DNA of 64,000 nucleotides from Lingula anatina (taxonomy: Eukaryota > Animalia > Brachiopoda). The translations under genes were made by a program, and so were the position numbers. Where the stretch lies: contig CM120646.1 in the NCBI GenBank assembly GCA_051362555.1, positions 1,364,001 through 1,428,000 on the forward strand, read 5' to 3'. The notes under the pieces were generated by a model. It had not been told where the DNA came from, made no database searches, and saw nothing but the letters and a program-made list of their open reading frames with translations. Each line of letters opens with the position of its first letter. Within the stretch, counting starts at the first letter, position 1. Shown piece after piece: positions 1 through 13,149 of the stretch.

Positions 1-836
1 ATTTGACTCAATATTTTACACTGATAAATAGTATAAATGCATGTGCAGAGTTACAAACTAGGTATCATGCGGACTGTCTGTTTATGAAGCTGGCAAGTGC
101 TCAAAAAATTATTTCAAAAATATATAAGTGCTTCACTAGGTAGAATAATTGAGTTTTTTATGTTCAAGTTTATCTTTAAATTGCAGAGGTACAATTTTTA
201 AAGAAGTTTAATTGTTGCAATTAATTGCAGCATTGTCTAGTAATAACAGCATATTAAAAGAAATAACAGCTCACATTTAACAAGGCTTTTATGATAAATA
301 TAATATATTTTTCCAACTTAATTATTTCAACTGTGAAATTATAACTTTCTACATACAAAGATTAATAAAATGCCATTCGAACAGGAACACTTAAAGTTTT
401 GCAAATGGATTTTAGGTCTAAGAAAGCAGGCTAGCAATACCATTTTTAGAGCTAAGCTTGGCAGTTACCCTATTATTTCAACTATAACTAAACCTGTCTA
501 AAGATTAGTCTTAGACTGGAACAACTACTAGTAGATAATAGAACTGTAAATCAGGTGCACAGTCTTGAGCAAGATACAAAGGGAAACACATGGACAGAAT
601 CTATCCGAAGATAACAACCCACCAAAGAAATTATATCAAATAGAAAACCTTTTAGAAATATTGAACATAAAAATCGAAAAACATTTCTGGCAGGAATTAA
701 ATAGCTCAATCTCAAACAAATTAAGGGCATACAAAACAATAAAAAAAATATTATGAATGTGAAAATTACATCAAAATGAGTGTCTCCCCATTAAATATCA
801 AAACACTTGCAAAAATTAGACTAAGTGACCACAACT
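1..836 (+). mobile_element. Degenerate LINE ORF2 3' relic (RTEX-like)
   Basis: Broken frames read KFCKWILGLRKQASN...KLGSYPI (~395-475) and LAKIRLSDHN (~805-835), the same C-terminal motifs as the fragment at 14295-14879. Many stops and frameshifts. Confidence 0.6.
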
Positions 837-2100
837 TTTTTTTTTTTTTTTACAAATAATGCAGATAGCTGGCAGCACTGGTGACTTTGATATACCAAAC
901 CCTGAGACTGATCTCAATTTCTTGGGAGATGGACCTTGTATTTTGGGAAGAGTACACCTGGTTGATGGTTCTTTAAAAGAAGCAAAATAACATTTTACTT
1001 TTCATACCATATATATTAGTGCATTATAATGTGCAGATACTGACTACTACAGAAACAACTTTAACATTGGATAAATATCCAAGTGGGTGTAACAAAGATA
1101 TGTAAAAATAGTAATGTGCTCAAAATTCAGTTATAAAAACAGTTGCCCTGTATAAATAAAAAGACAACATAGAATACATATTTCAAATAAAAACATCTGG
1201 ATACCTGGATACACAAATGATTTAGCAAATACAGAGCAGACCGCAAATCCTTGATTGTTGCAAGTGCTATTGCATATACAATCACTATGATTTAATTATA
1301 AAATAAATAAATAATAATGAAATAAGATAAGACAGTCGCATGTGAGTTTATCACATGATTGACACCAAGTGATATTAACAACTATAATTACATATATCCT
1401 CATGATTCAAAGGGCATAGGGTAGGTATAGGATTCAATGTATTAGTGGCTCAACATGTTCCTTTTATGAGGAACTAAGCTGTAACAAACTATAGGCAAAT
1501 GAGACCCACTGTTTAATATTTGTTGCAACTAAGACAAATAAATCAAGTTTAAAGATCTAATAATTAATAGGGAGCCCACTAGCATTCTGCTGCCCAGATT
1601 AATATCAGATGCTTTGAATAAAAGTGACTCTTCTCTTTAAACTGAACTACATCTACCAGTCACCCTACTCATTATAATTATTCCTTAATTGATACTGTTT
1701 GTCAACGTATTTCTTTATTGATACTATTTATGTATACCTTTACTGATTTTATTCATAAGGGAAAGTTACAAGGATTATTCCTAACAGTCCTAATTAAATT
1801 AATCACATTGCAGCTTGTTCTGTGAAAAGCTATCCTACTTTTTCTGGCTCACAAGATACAGTAAATATTCCCTAAAATACATTCTCATTGAAGTTGGGCT
1901 TAGCCTATACATATTTATATTCACTAATGGTTGCACATGAGCAGCAATGTAACTGGGGGGGAGGAACACTCCACAAATAACATAAAAGATTCTACCATGA
2001 TACTTAAGCCTCTGTCTCATAAAATCCCACCATAACATTTGTTTGTATATCTTGTTGTGTGAAGCCTTACATTATTTTGTGTAAATGCAATGCTAATATG
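836..2100 (-). mobile_element. Probable highly decayed LINE 3' fragment
   Basis: Poly(T) at 836-851 (poly(A) tail on minus) interrupts the upstream relic. Only vestigial RT-like peptide pieces; boundaries approximate. Confidence 0.3.
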
Positions 2101-2150
2101 GATGAACTAATAATGAGATGTTAATCATGGCAAGAACATACAGCTAGCTT

Positions 2151-2348
2151 AGGCTGTATTCCCAGAGCTTTTAGATTGATCTGTCCCCGCAGGGAGTCTC
2201 ACTAGATTACTGTCAGATAATCCGGCTTAAATGTCCGTCCCGCCTACTACAAGCTGTAAGGGGGTATTTAACTTTCGTGTCCGCCCCACTGACAGCTGTT
2301 TAGCGTGAACCCCTAAAGTAGATATATCTAATCTCTGGAAATGGGGTC
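2151..2348. mobile_element. ~200-bp MITE-like element
   Basis: Imperfect inverted ends (tattcccagagcttttagat ... atctaatctctggaaat). An opposite-orientation copy lies at 7188-7215 + 8421-8608 (shared gggagtctcactagattactgtcag and tttagcgtgaacccc). Confidence 0.6.
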
Positions 2349-2567
2349 TTATTCAACAGAGAATGAGTTGTTTCATATCTTAAAACCTCTAAGTATTTAC
2401 AAATAAAATAATAATAACACTAATAAACTTTTTTATCATTGTCTTTTTTTTCTTTCTTTCATATCACTTTTATCAGTCACATATTGTTATGTAACATCAG
2501 CCACGTACAATGTAAACATCACACGATCAGGGCTGATTTAAAAACAAATTACAATATGTTGACATAC

Positions 2568-2769
2568 CTTCTTCAGCAGGACTGCCTTGTTTCCCAGCTT
2601 TCTCATACTTCTTTGCCGCCTGAGATAGCCCCTTCTTGTTAGTTAGCTTTCTGTAGCAAGAAAAGTGACATCGTGGTTTGGCTTCCAAATCGTCGAATCC
2701 TTTATCTAAATCCGTACTGTACGGATCCACTGAACAGCAGCGGCTTCTCTGCTGCCAAATTTCCGCCAT
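2568..2769 (-). pseudogene. Isolated putative first coding exon, possibly from a DNA-transposon gene
   Basis: ATG at 2769 in good context (acaATGG), open frame with a CHxxCYRKLT motif, ends at AAG|GTATGT donor at 2567. GC-richer promoter-like sequence upstream; no downstream exon found. Confidence 0.3.
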
Positions 2770-3231
2770 TGTTTCGCTGCGACTCTAAAATTTTCCCAGC
2801 GAACACGTGTGATGGTATCTAGAGTCTCTTAATTAGCTACCTTCTTCTATGTGCATGCAACACGAAAGATGAGAATTTGGCGAAGATTTCGCGTCTCCCT
2901 CCTCAGACTCTTCATTACAGCCGACCATGCTGCTTTGTTTACATGGCATGGCCTGGTGGGAAGGTGACGTGACCCCCTTTCCGTTGCTTTGATTGGTTAA
3001 TGTGATCTGAATCTGATTAAAAGGCTCGAACGGCGGGGCTATTTATTTTGATGTTTCGGCATAAATACTACCGCAATTATCTATATGTTGCCGCACCTCT
3101 CGGTTGCCGAATTTATTGTGGATATTCTTTTACTGTTTATCTTAATGCACCGTGAAAATTGTTTGGCCACATCACATATTGAAGGAAAGAGCTTTTCTAA
3201 ACGCTTTTATGCATATCAGGTGGGGGACTAT

Positions 3232-6200
3232 TTGTAACCGGTAAGCATGCCCTTTATACTTCAGCTTCTGTTTACTTTCTCCATGGCTACAGATTCGAAA
3301 CATTTCTTTTCTTAATGCGGGAATTTTTCTGACGCAACATCACATATATGTGAATGTCAATTTATATATCAATGACTAAATAAACTCTTCTCTTATCTAG
3401 TATGAATGTTTTTCGGCTTGTGTTTGATAATTTTCACTTATGATCCAACTACCAAGCTAATGAACATTTTTGATCAAACTCTTATATTACCAATTTTGAG
3501 CACAAAAAATAAAAATGAGTTGGAAAAAAAAAAAAAAAAACATCAAGTGTGCGTTCCTTCTGTAAAAGAAGAGACGCTTTAAAAGAAATCGCCCGAAAGA
3601 GTTCTTAAATTGAACAAAGCCTGAAAAAGAACTTACAAAACAAGAGTCATTTAAACTTAAAAGGACTAAGTTTTATTAGTCCAGTGACTTATTGTGTTTG
3701 TTTTTTACGTCTTATTATGGTCGAACATTGAGTGTATGTACAAATACACCGTCTCGAATACATGGTGCTGATAAATTTCACTCAGTATTCCAATCATTGC
3801 AGCACAATCAACGTGGTGTGAGTTTGATCCTAGCATAGATCAAAATGGGGGATTTTCCTAACGGATTTCGTCCATAAAGTGGTCTCGGGTGTAGATCTAA
3901 TGTGAAAAGTGGACACGGGCGCGCAGATATCTGTAATGTGAGGAAGATAATCATTTTTATGTTACATCATCCTACTGTCTCTTGCCGCAAGGAATGAAAA
4001 AAAAAAGACGGGGTTGCATCAAATTTCGTTGTAAGAGTAATTCTTTTACATGTAGCACCAATGATGGTTGAAAAATTAATGCATTTGTCCAAATGGATTT
4101 TGGGTTTTCTACAAGAAACTCGTGTATAAGTAGAAAGAAACTTGACGAGTAATTTGATACAAATATTGATCTTCGTCGAGAGGGAGTGGGCTCGATTTCA
4201 AATGTACACACATCGTATACAATGCTCAAGATAAAACAAATAATAATGAGAGAAAAAGCGAGAGAGAATGAGAGGGAGATGAAAGAAATTACACCAGGCC
4301 TGTAACTTAATGCAATGATTGGTGTTTGGTGGACCCCCACCAACCTGACATTGAACAAACAAACTGTTGATAAAGAGAACTTGTTGTCGCAATAACTGAT
4401 GTCCCACGGACACAAGATTTAGATAACTTAAACTAACAACCTAGATAAATTGTCAAACAAATTCAATATTAAAGCTGATTTTCTTATCTTTTTAAACATT
4501 TTGCTGTTTATAGGAAAATTTTTCTTCTCGACAACGATTTGGTTTATACAGACTAAGGATGAGCCAAACAATCAACCTAGACAATATGTCAACAACAAAA
4601 AAAAAAAGATAAATAAATAAATAAATAAATAAATTCAACTGACGCCCCGGGCCCCAGCTTGTCTAAATCTCTCAAAATATTACATTAAAGAATATCTTAT
4701 AGCAAGCTTACCTTTGGCTATCCTCTCTTTCCATGGTGAAAACTAAAATAAGGCCCTTGAATTTGGAGATAGATTTTTACTGCGTAATAGCTGTATGTTG
4801 GCGTGGAAATGGCCTCTTTTTACCGATAAGTGCACCTTTTATCCCATCAGCTTCTGTTTATTGCCTCCATGGCTACAGTTTCAAAACATTGGTAATTTCT
4901 GAGGGGAATTTTTCTGACGCTACATTTTCCAATTAAATACGTTACTTTGGATAAATATTGATAAAGTATTTGCTGTATACTTATCTTATCATTTACACAT
5001 GTATATACTTTACTTACCAAACAGCAATCAAATCTCCGTTTAAGATAAATCATCACTTTTAAGTAACCTGGATCTAATGTGTTTTGCTGCAGCCAATGAA
5101 AAAATATAAAGACTGGCTTGCAACCAAATTTAGTTGTAAGATCAATTATTGTACATGTAGCACCAATGACGAGTGAATATTTAATGCATGTGTCCAAAGC
5201 AATTTGGGTTTTCTGAAGATTGACAGGAAATCTAAAAATACTGAAGAAATAAAAAAAAGCACAAGTAAATGACGCAAAAAGAAAAAGGCAATGGTATCCC
5301 TGGAATAAGCTGATGAAAAATTCACGTCATCAAAAGTCGTAAAATGTGGTCAATGATTCAGGAAAGCCTTATGTATGAAATTCCGATCAATTTAGAAAAC
5401 TTGAAAATAAAATTCATGCCAGTGTGTCATGTGGTAGCTAACATAGCAAATACCATTTGGAAACACGTAAATCAGATTTTACTTCATGTCAAAAAAGGCG
5501 GAAGGGGGGGGTCTAAAATAAAATGATAATAAAAAACCCCTTGCTGAGACAACATGAATCAATCTACTGTCGGAAACACCTGAATCTATACATAAAATCA
5601 TTTGCACCTACAACTGTTATCGAATCTGAAAATATGCTTGTTGGATTTAACCTACTAGTGGAGGTTTTCATTCACCTTCCTATAACTGGTGACATCCCTA
5701 GAACAAGTGTACATCCGGACCAGACTCAACTTGTGGGATTAAATTCTGAGCGAGTTTCAAGTGGTAGTACTACTAATTTTGAGAATATCCCTATAATAAC
5801 TGGTAAGTAACCAATGGAAAAAGGACTAAATATCACTGTCTCTAAAGTTGGTCACAGGGTTATTTAAGTGCTCCATTCACTGGGAAGAGATTTATTAAAC
5901 AAAATCAACACAAAACTACTGGTAGAATAACATCTTTCAAGACTTTGAACACTCGGAATTTGACTTTGAACACTCGGAAAATTTCCGAATTTATATATAA
6001 TCACTAGTGACGTACACTTCGGGCTAGACTCATCGGGTTACATCTCTAGTCAAACATAAGCAATCCTTAAATATCTGGTAGCAGCGATTGAATCATCTAA
6101 ATTGGATAATTTAGAATAACATTTAGAAAGGGCATTTTCGAAATTGGAAGGTGTTTTTACTTCAGACGAGCTTGATCTTGGTCGGTCTAATTCCATTGAA

Positions 6201-8383
6201 CATAACAATGATGCCGGGAGTGCCTAACCTCTTATGTCACGTATGCAGTGGCAAGTAAATTGTGACAGACATGACACATAATTTAAACAGCTGCTCAAAA
6301 TTACTAAATCTAACGCCTTTCAAGCTATGTATCTTACTCATAATACAACCTAACCCTATTACCGACTCCTTTCGCCAACTTTCAGCATTATGTGCAAACT
6401 ATTCTGATTAATGGAAGGTAACACCAGTATAGTTGTATCAATTTCAACAAGGAACAAACGGTGAATTTGGTGATGATCCATTTATTGCAAAGGGATGGTT
6501 ACATAACCAAACGGTTATTGTTCGGTTTATCTTCTGCTATGCATCTAACCTAACTGAGATTTTACTTTTCATCTATTTACCGCTGATGGCAGATTCTTCC
6601 AGTGATGAATATTACAAAAGTTAGAGCGTCCGTTTTTTATTCACAAGCCATAGGCCAAAACTCTGAGCTGTGTAAAAAGAGAAGGGAGAGAGACATATTA
6701 AAAAACCTCGGGTACAAGTGAAAATCAACTTTGACAATTACATGTAATTTGATAGAGAAAAAAAATTGATCTTCATCGAGAGGGAGCGGGTTCGATTTCA
6801 AGTCTACACATATTGTATACATTGCTAAAAATAAAACATATAATAATGAGAGAAAAAGAGAGAGAGAATGAGAGGGAGATTAAAGAGATCACACCAGCTC
6901 TGTAACTTGATGCAATGATTGGTGTTTGGTGGACCCCCGCCAACCCTACATTGAACAAACAAACTGTTGATAAAGAGAACTTGTTGTCGCAATAACTGAT
7001 GTCCCACGGACACAAGATTTAGATAACTTAAACTAACAACCTAGATAAATTGTCAAACAAAGTCAATATTAAAGGTGATTTTCCTAACTTTTTTTTAACA
7101 TTTTGCTGTTTATAGGAAAACATTCTTCTTGATAACGATTTGGTTCATAAGGACCAAGGATGAGCCAAATAATCAACCTAGACATTATGGGTGTATTTCC
7201 AGAAATTTAGATCGATCCATCAAACTGCAAAACTGCAATTGTTAGGCCATTACTTAAAAAGCAAGGGCTGTGTAAAAATGTCCTGAAAAACTATAGACCA
7301 ATATCAAATCTACCATTTTTAGGTAAATTTCTTGAAAAAATGACACACAAGTATATATTACATGCAAGAGCAGCCAGTCTGCAACAATCACTTCTATGGA
7401 GACTTGTCTTGCAGAGATTCGAGAATGGATGAAAGTGAACATGTTGGCTTTAATGATAGTAAGACTGAGTTGATATGGTTTACATCAAGGTTCAAGGCAA
7501 ATAGAAAAAATGTAGCAAATGCCAACATTTGCATAGGAGATGTTCTTATAAAACCATCTAGTTCTGTAAAAGATTTGGGAGTTACCCTCGATGAAAATGG
7601 CACTATGGGCAAGCGTGTATCTGAAGTGTGTAAATCAGCATCTTATGCACTATGGCGCATTGGAAAAATAAGGAAAGTGTTAGATAACAAAATCACTGAA
7701 AAAATTGTACATGCATTTATATCATCAAGATTAGATTACTGCAATAGTCTCCTCTTTGGTATTTGTGACTATCAGATTAAAAAGTTACAAGTTATTCAAA
7801 ACTCAGCTGCAAGACTGGTTTGTCAAATTAAGTACAATAGTACACACCATATCACTCCCATTCTGAAAGAATTACACTGGCTGCCTGTGAAGCAGAGGAT
7901 TGATTTTAAAGTACTTTGTATTATTTTTAAGGCGATCCATTCACAATGACCATTATATTTATCTGATCTTATCTGTTTTAACTTACCACGGCGGTCCACA
8001 CGTTTTAATACTGAGAATGATTTTATTTTAGAACATTCTGTTTTAGAGAAGGGGTGCCTCAAAAGTTATGGAGATCGTGCTTTTGTAATCTACGCCCCAA
8101 AAGTGTGGAATGGTCTCCTAAATTTTATTAGAAAAACAGAAGACTTTGACAATTTTAAATCTCTTTTAAACACCCACATTTTTAATTCTGTCTATATCTC
8201 TTAGTTTTTTTTTTATAAAATATATATATGTATTTTAATAAGATTGATTTTTAGTAGTGTAAATTTTAAATGGTTTCCAATGAGAGTTTATGATTAAAAT
8301 ATTGTAGTCATTTTAATGATTTTAGTATATTAGCCTTTATTGTAAGGCGCCTTGAGATAGAATGTAAGGCGCCATAGAAGAAT

Positions 8384-8421
<38 letters not shown>

Positions 8422-11400
8422 AATTTAGATCGACCTAACTCCCTGGGGGTTCACGCTAAATTGCAGTCAGACGGGCGCGCACCATAGTTAATCACCCCCT
8501 TAGAGCTTTTAGTAGGCGTGACAGACGCTTGAGCCTGCCAAGCTGACAGTAATCTAGTGAGACTCCCCACAGGGATAGATCGATCTAAAAATCTATGGAA
8601 ATGGGGTCTGTGTCAAAAGCATTCAACTGACGCCCGGGCCCCAGCTTGTCTAAATTTATTAAAATACTACATTAAAGAATATCTTGAAATAAGCTTACCT
8701 TTTGCTATCCTCTTTATCCATGGTGAAAACTAAAATAAAGCCCTTGAATTTGGAGAGAGATTTTAAGGCAAAATAGCTGTATGCCGGCGTGGAAATGGCC
8801 TATTTAACCGATAAGCATGTACTTTATACCCCTGCTTTTGTTTATTGCCGGCTCTATGGCTACACTGTCAAAACATTTGTAATTTATGAGCGGAAATTTT
8901 CTGACGCAACATTTTCCAGCGTTACCTTGGCTAAATATTGATAAAATATTTGCTATTTACCTATCTTATCATTTATAAACTTTACCTGAACAGCAGTCTA
9001 ATTTCCGTTTAAGATAAGCCATCACTTTTAAGTATCCTGGATTAACTGCGTTTGGCTGCAGGCCAAAAAAAAAAGAAAGACTGGGTTGCAACCAAATTAA
9101 GTTGTATGATCAATTCTTGTTCATGTAGCACCAATGACGGTTGAACATTAATGCGTGTGTCTAATGTAATTTGGTTTTCTGCAAATTGACGGAAAAGCGA
9201 AAAAAAAGAAGAAATAAATAAAGCACAAGTACATGATGTAAAAAGAAAAAGGCAATGGTATCCCTGGAATAAGCTGATGAAAAATACACGGTTTAAAATA
9301 AAATGATAAAAAAACACATTGCTGAGACAACATGAACTGATCTACCGTTGGGAGCACTTGGACTTATTCATAAAATCAGCTGCCCCTAGAACCGCAATCG
9401 AATCTAAAAATATGCCTGTTGGACTTAACTTATTAGCGAAGGTTTTCGTGCATCCTCCTTTAACCGGTGACATCCCTAGAACACGTGTACATCCTAACCA
9501 GACTAAACGTGTGGGATTAAATCCTGCACGGGTTTCAAGTGTTTATACCCGTAATTTTGAGAATATCCATAGAACAAGTACCCAATAGAAAAGGACTAAA
9601 TGTCACTGTCTACTGAGGTGGGCGGAAGCACTAAGGGTCCTTTAAGAGTTCCTTTCACTGGGAAGAGGTTTGAAAAACTAAAAATTAACACAAAACTCAA
9701 GCCCGTCTCATAATACCACCCAAACCTCTTGCTGACTCATTTCGCCAACTTTCAGCATTATATGCAAACTAACCTGAGTAATGGAAGGTAACACCAATGT
9801 ATTTATATCAATCTACTTTCTTTAGAGTTCAAATTAATGTTTTTTATACAGAGCTTTTTTCATACAGATATTGATACATACAGAGCTAATGAAACTGTTC
9901 TCTGCTTTTTTAGCAATGCTGTTGAGACAAAGACAAGATCATCGCGTGATCTATATTCTTTAGAATTCAAACTATTGTTTTTTATACAAGAGCTATTTTC
10001 ATACAGATATCGATACATACAGAGCTAATGGAACTGTTCTCTCCCCTACTTTCTTTAGAGTGTGCTTATCAATGGTGAAGATTTGATTTCGTAGCCTTGC
10101 CATTTGAGTTTTTTTAGCAATGCCGTTGAGACAAAGACAAGATCACGTGATATATATTATTTAAAACCGTTTTGCAAAAAGTTATGAACGGGATTTGATA
10201 ACTTCTCAGGTATTGCCAAAATTTCACCAAGGAACGAACGGTGAATTTGGTGATGATCAATTTATCGCGAAGGGATGGCAATATAACCAAACGACTATTT
10301 TCCAGTTTATAAACTGTTATACATCTAACTTAACTGAAATTCTTCTTTCATTGATTTACCACTGAACTTTTTAGGGAGAATAATTGATGCCCCACAGATG
10401 CGGGGTTTATAAAACTCAAACTACCAACCAAGATACTTTGTCAAATAAAGTCAATATTAAAGCTATTTTCCTATCTTTACAAACATTTTGCTGTTGATAG
10501 GGAAATGTTCTTCTCGACAATTATCTGGTTCATATGGGTAAGGATGAGCCAAATAATCATCCTGGACAATATGTCGTACATATTCAACTGGCGCCCCAGC
10601 TTGTTTTAATTTCTGAAAATACTACATTAAAGAATATCTTGAAAAAAGCTTACCTTTTGCTATCTTCTTTATCCATGGTAAAAACTCAAGTAAAACCCTT
10701 GAATTTGGATAGATAATTTTAAGGCGAAATAGCTGTATGTTGGCCTGGCAATTGCCTCTTTTAATCGATAAGCATGTACTTTATACCCCCAGCTTTTGTT
10801 TATTTCCGGTTCCATGGCTACACTGTCAAAACATTTGTAATTTATGGGCGGAATTTTTGTGACGCAACATTTCCCAGCGTTACATTGGATAAATATTGAT
10901 AAAATATTTGCTTTTAACTTATATTAACATTTATAATTCAATTCTTAATTAAAATTGTGAGATCAATTCGTGCACATGTAGCACGAATGGCGGTTGAACA
11001 TTTAATGTATATGTCCAATGCAATGGTTTTCTGCAAATTGATGGAAAAACGTAAAAAGAAAAAATAGAAGAAATACATATAGCACAAGTAAATGAAGCAA
11101 AAAGGAAAAGGCAATGGTATCTCTGGAATAAGCTGATGAATTTGGTAATGATCCATTTATTGCAAAGAGGTGGCAATATAACTATCATCGAGAATGAGTG
11201 GGTTCGATTTTAAGTGTAAACAAACATTGCACATACACTGCTAAAGAAAAAAAAACAAATGATAGTGAGAGAAAAAGAGAGAGAGAGAGAATGAGAGATA
11301 TCAAAGACATCACACCAGATTAATAACTTTAGTCAACACTAACAGTCAATTACATGTATTAGATATTGGAAATGTAAGACGGACCCCCACCAATCCGACA

Positions 11401-12570
11401 TTGAACAAACAAATTGTTGATAGGAAGAACTTTTTGTCGCAATAATTGATGTCTCACAGACACAGGATTTAGATAGCTCAAACTAACAACCTAGATAAAT
11501 TGTCAAACAAATTCAATATTTAAAATGATTTTCTTATCTTTTCAACAGTTTGCTGTTGATAGGGAACCTTAATTTCCTCCTCGACAAAAACTTTACACTT
11601 TATCTTCTTTTTATTGCCGCTCTATGGCGACAGTGTCAAAACATTTGTAATTTATGAGCAGAAATTTTCTCACGCAACATTTTCCAGCGTAACCTTGGCT
11701 AAATATTGATAAAGTATTTGCCACTTACTCATCTTATCAATTATACATTTTACCCAAACAGCAATCCAATTTCTGTTAAAGATAGATCATCACCTTTAAG
11801 TAACCTGAACCTACTGTTGTTTTTTTTTTTTTTTGGCTGCAGGCAATGAAAAAATAGAAAGACTGGGTTGCGACCAAATTTAGTCGAATTCTTGTACATG
11901 TAGCACCAATGATAGTTGAACATTTGTCCAATGCATTTTGGGTTCTCTGTAAATTGACGGGAAAACGAAAAAAAAAAAAAAAAAAACAGAAGAAAAAAAT
12001 AAAGCACAAGTAAATGACGCAAAAAGAAAAAGGCAATGGTATCCCTGGAATAAGCCTGATGTATGAAAATTCCGATCAATTAAGAAAACTTGAAAAAAAA
12101 AAAAAAAAAACTCATGCCAGTGTGCCATGTGGTATCTACCGCAGCAAACACAATTTAGAAACACGTAAATTAGATTTTACTTCATGTCAGAAGAGCGAGG
12201 TGGTGTCTAATATAGAATGACAATAAAAACACATTGCTGAGACACTATGAACTGATCTACATGTACCATTGGAATCACCTGAACTTATTCATAAAATCAG
12301 CTGCCTCTAGAACCGTTATCGAATCTGAAAATATGCCTGTTGGACATAACTTATTAGTGAAGGTTTCCATTTACCCTCCTATAACTACCCTCCTAGAACA
12401 AGTATACATCCGAACCAGACTGAGTTTGAGAATATCCATAGAAAAAGTAACCAATGAAAAAGGGACTAAATGTCACTGTTTCTTAAGGTGGGTAAAAGTG
12501 CTAAGGGCCCTTTAACTGGGAAGGTTTGTAAAACTAAAAATTAATTCAAAACTACTGGTACAGTAACATC
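3232..12570 (+). repeat. Cluster of ~4 diverged, rearranged copies of a multi-kb mosaic repeat family
   Basis: Recurrent blocks: gacattgaacaaacaaactgttgataaagagaacttgttgtcgcaataactgatgtc (~4347, ~6947, ~11397); aaaaaggcaatggtatccctggaataagctgatg (~5282, ~9246, ~11105, ~12026); ttgctgagacaacatgaa (~5541, ~9319, ~12234). Confidence 0.85.
7216..8420 (+). mobile_element. 5'-truncated, internally deleted L2/CR1-group LINE with (TTA)n tail
   Basis: [13 protein letters not shown], then ORF 7362-7949 with KTELI, VKDLGV, SRLDYCNSLL, HITPILKELHWLPVKQRIDFK. (TTA)n tail 8387-8420; 13-bp TSD aaatttagatcga at 7203-7215 and 8421-8433. Confidence 0.9.
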
Positions 12571-12639
12571 TTTCAAGACTATTTCTGACTATTTTTGGTT
12601 ATTTTAAGGCCCAACAAGCTTAAGTTAAAATTTACTTCA

Positions 12640-13040
12640 AAATGTCACTTTTAATTTCTAAAAGTTCAGGTAGCGTTTCGCCGAGCTCACTTGCTTTTCC
12701 AAGTACGCTTAAATTACCATTAAGTTTAATAGTGAACTACGACAGTTAAGACAAAGTTAAAGTCTTAAGTTTCAATGACGACGTCTTTAGTAGCCTTTGG
12801 ACTTCTGGTAGCGTTTGGTCTGGAGACGGATCTCGTAGGCTGATATTTGCATGGGAACGTATGCTGACACTGCCCGTCTACAATTTAGTTTCATGCTGAC
12901 TGCCACACAATCCTCCTGGTCGAGGACATCACCACTGGGGACCGGACTTACTGGGTGGGTTTTGCCAGTCGCTCAGCGAGTTGCCAAGGGACTCTTCGGA
13001 CTTCATCCGGAACTACAATTTCCGACACACAGTCGGTACT
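12640..13040 (-). mobile_element. Possible Penelope-like element 3' remnant
   Basis: Locally GC-richer. Minus strand has VLDQED-like and RDPSPDQTLP-like vestiges and a gaaaagcaagtgagctcggcgaaacgc end motif reminiscent of Penelope termini. Decayed. Confidence 0.3.
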
Positions 13041-13149
13041 ATTAAAAAAATAGATAAATGAATAAATAAAAATTCCAACACACCGTCAGCACTCTTCAAA
13101 GGAAAATAAAAACACCAGACCCCAGGTCTGGAACCGCTCATCCGACTGT

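Noticed and set aside
3972-4415. 147-aa hydrophobic ORF and similar F/L/I-rich ORFs (6773-7015, 11750-12164, 17095-17394)
   Set aside because: Antisense reads of A-rich repeat or low-complexity sequence, with non-ATG starts and lengths not conserved among copies.
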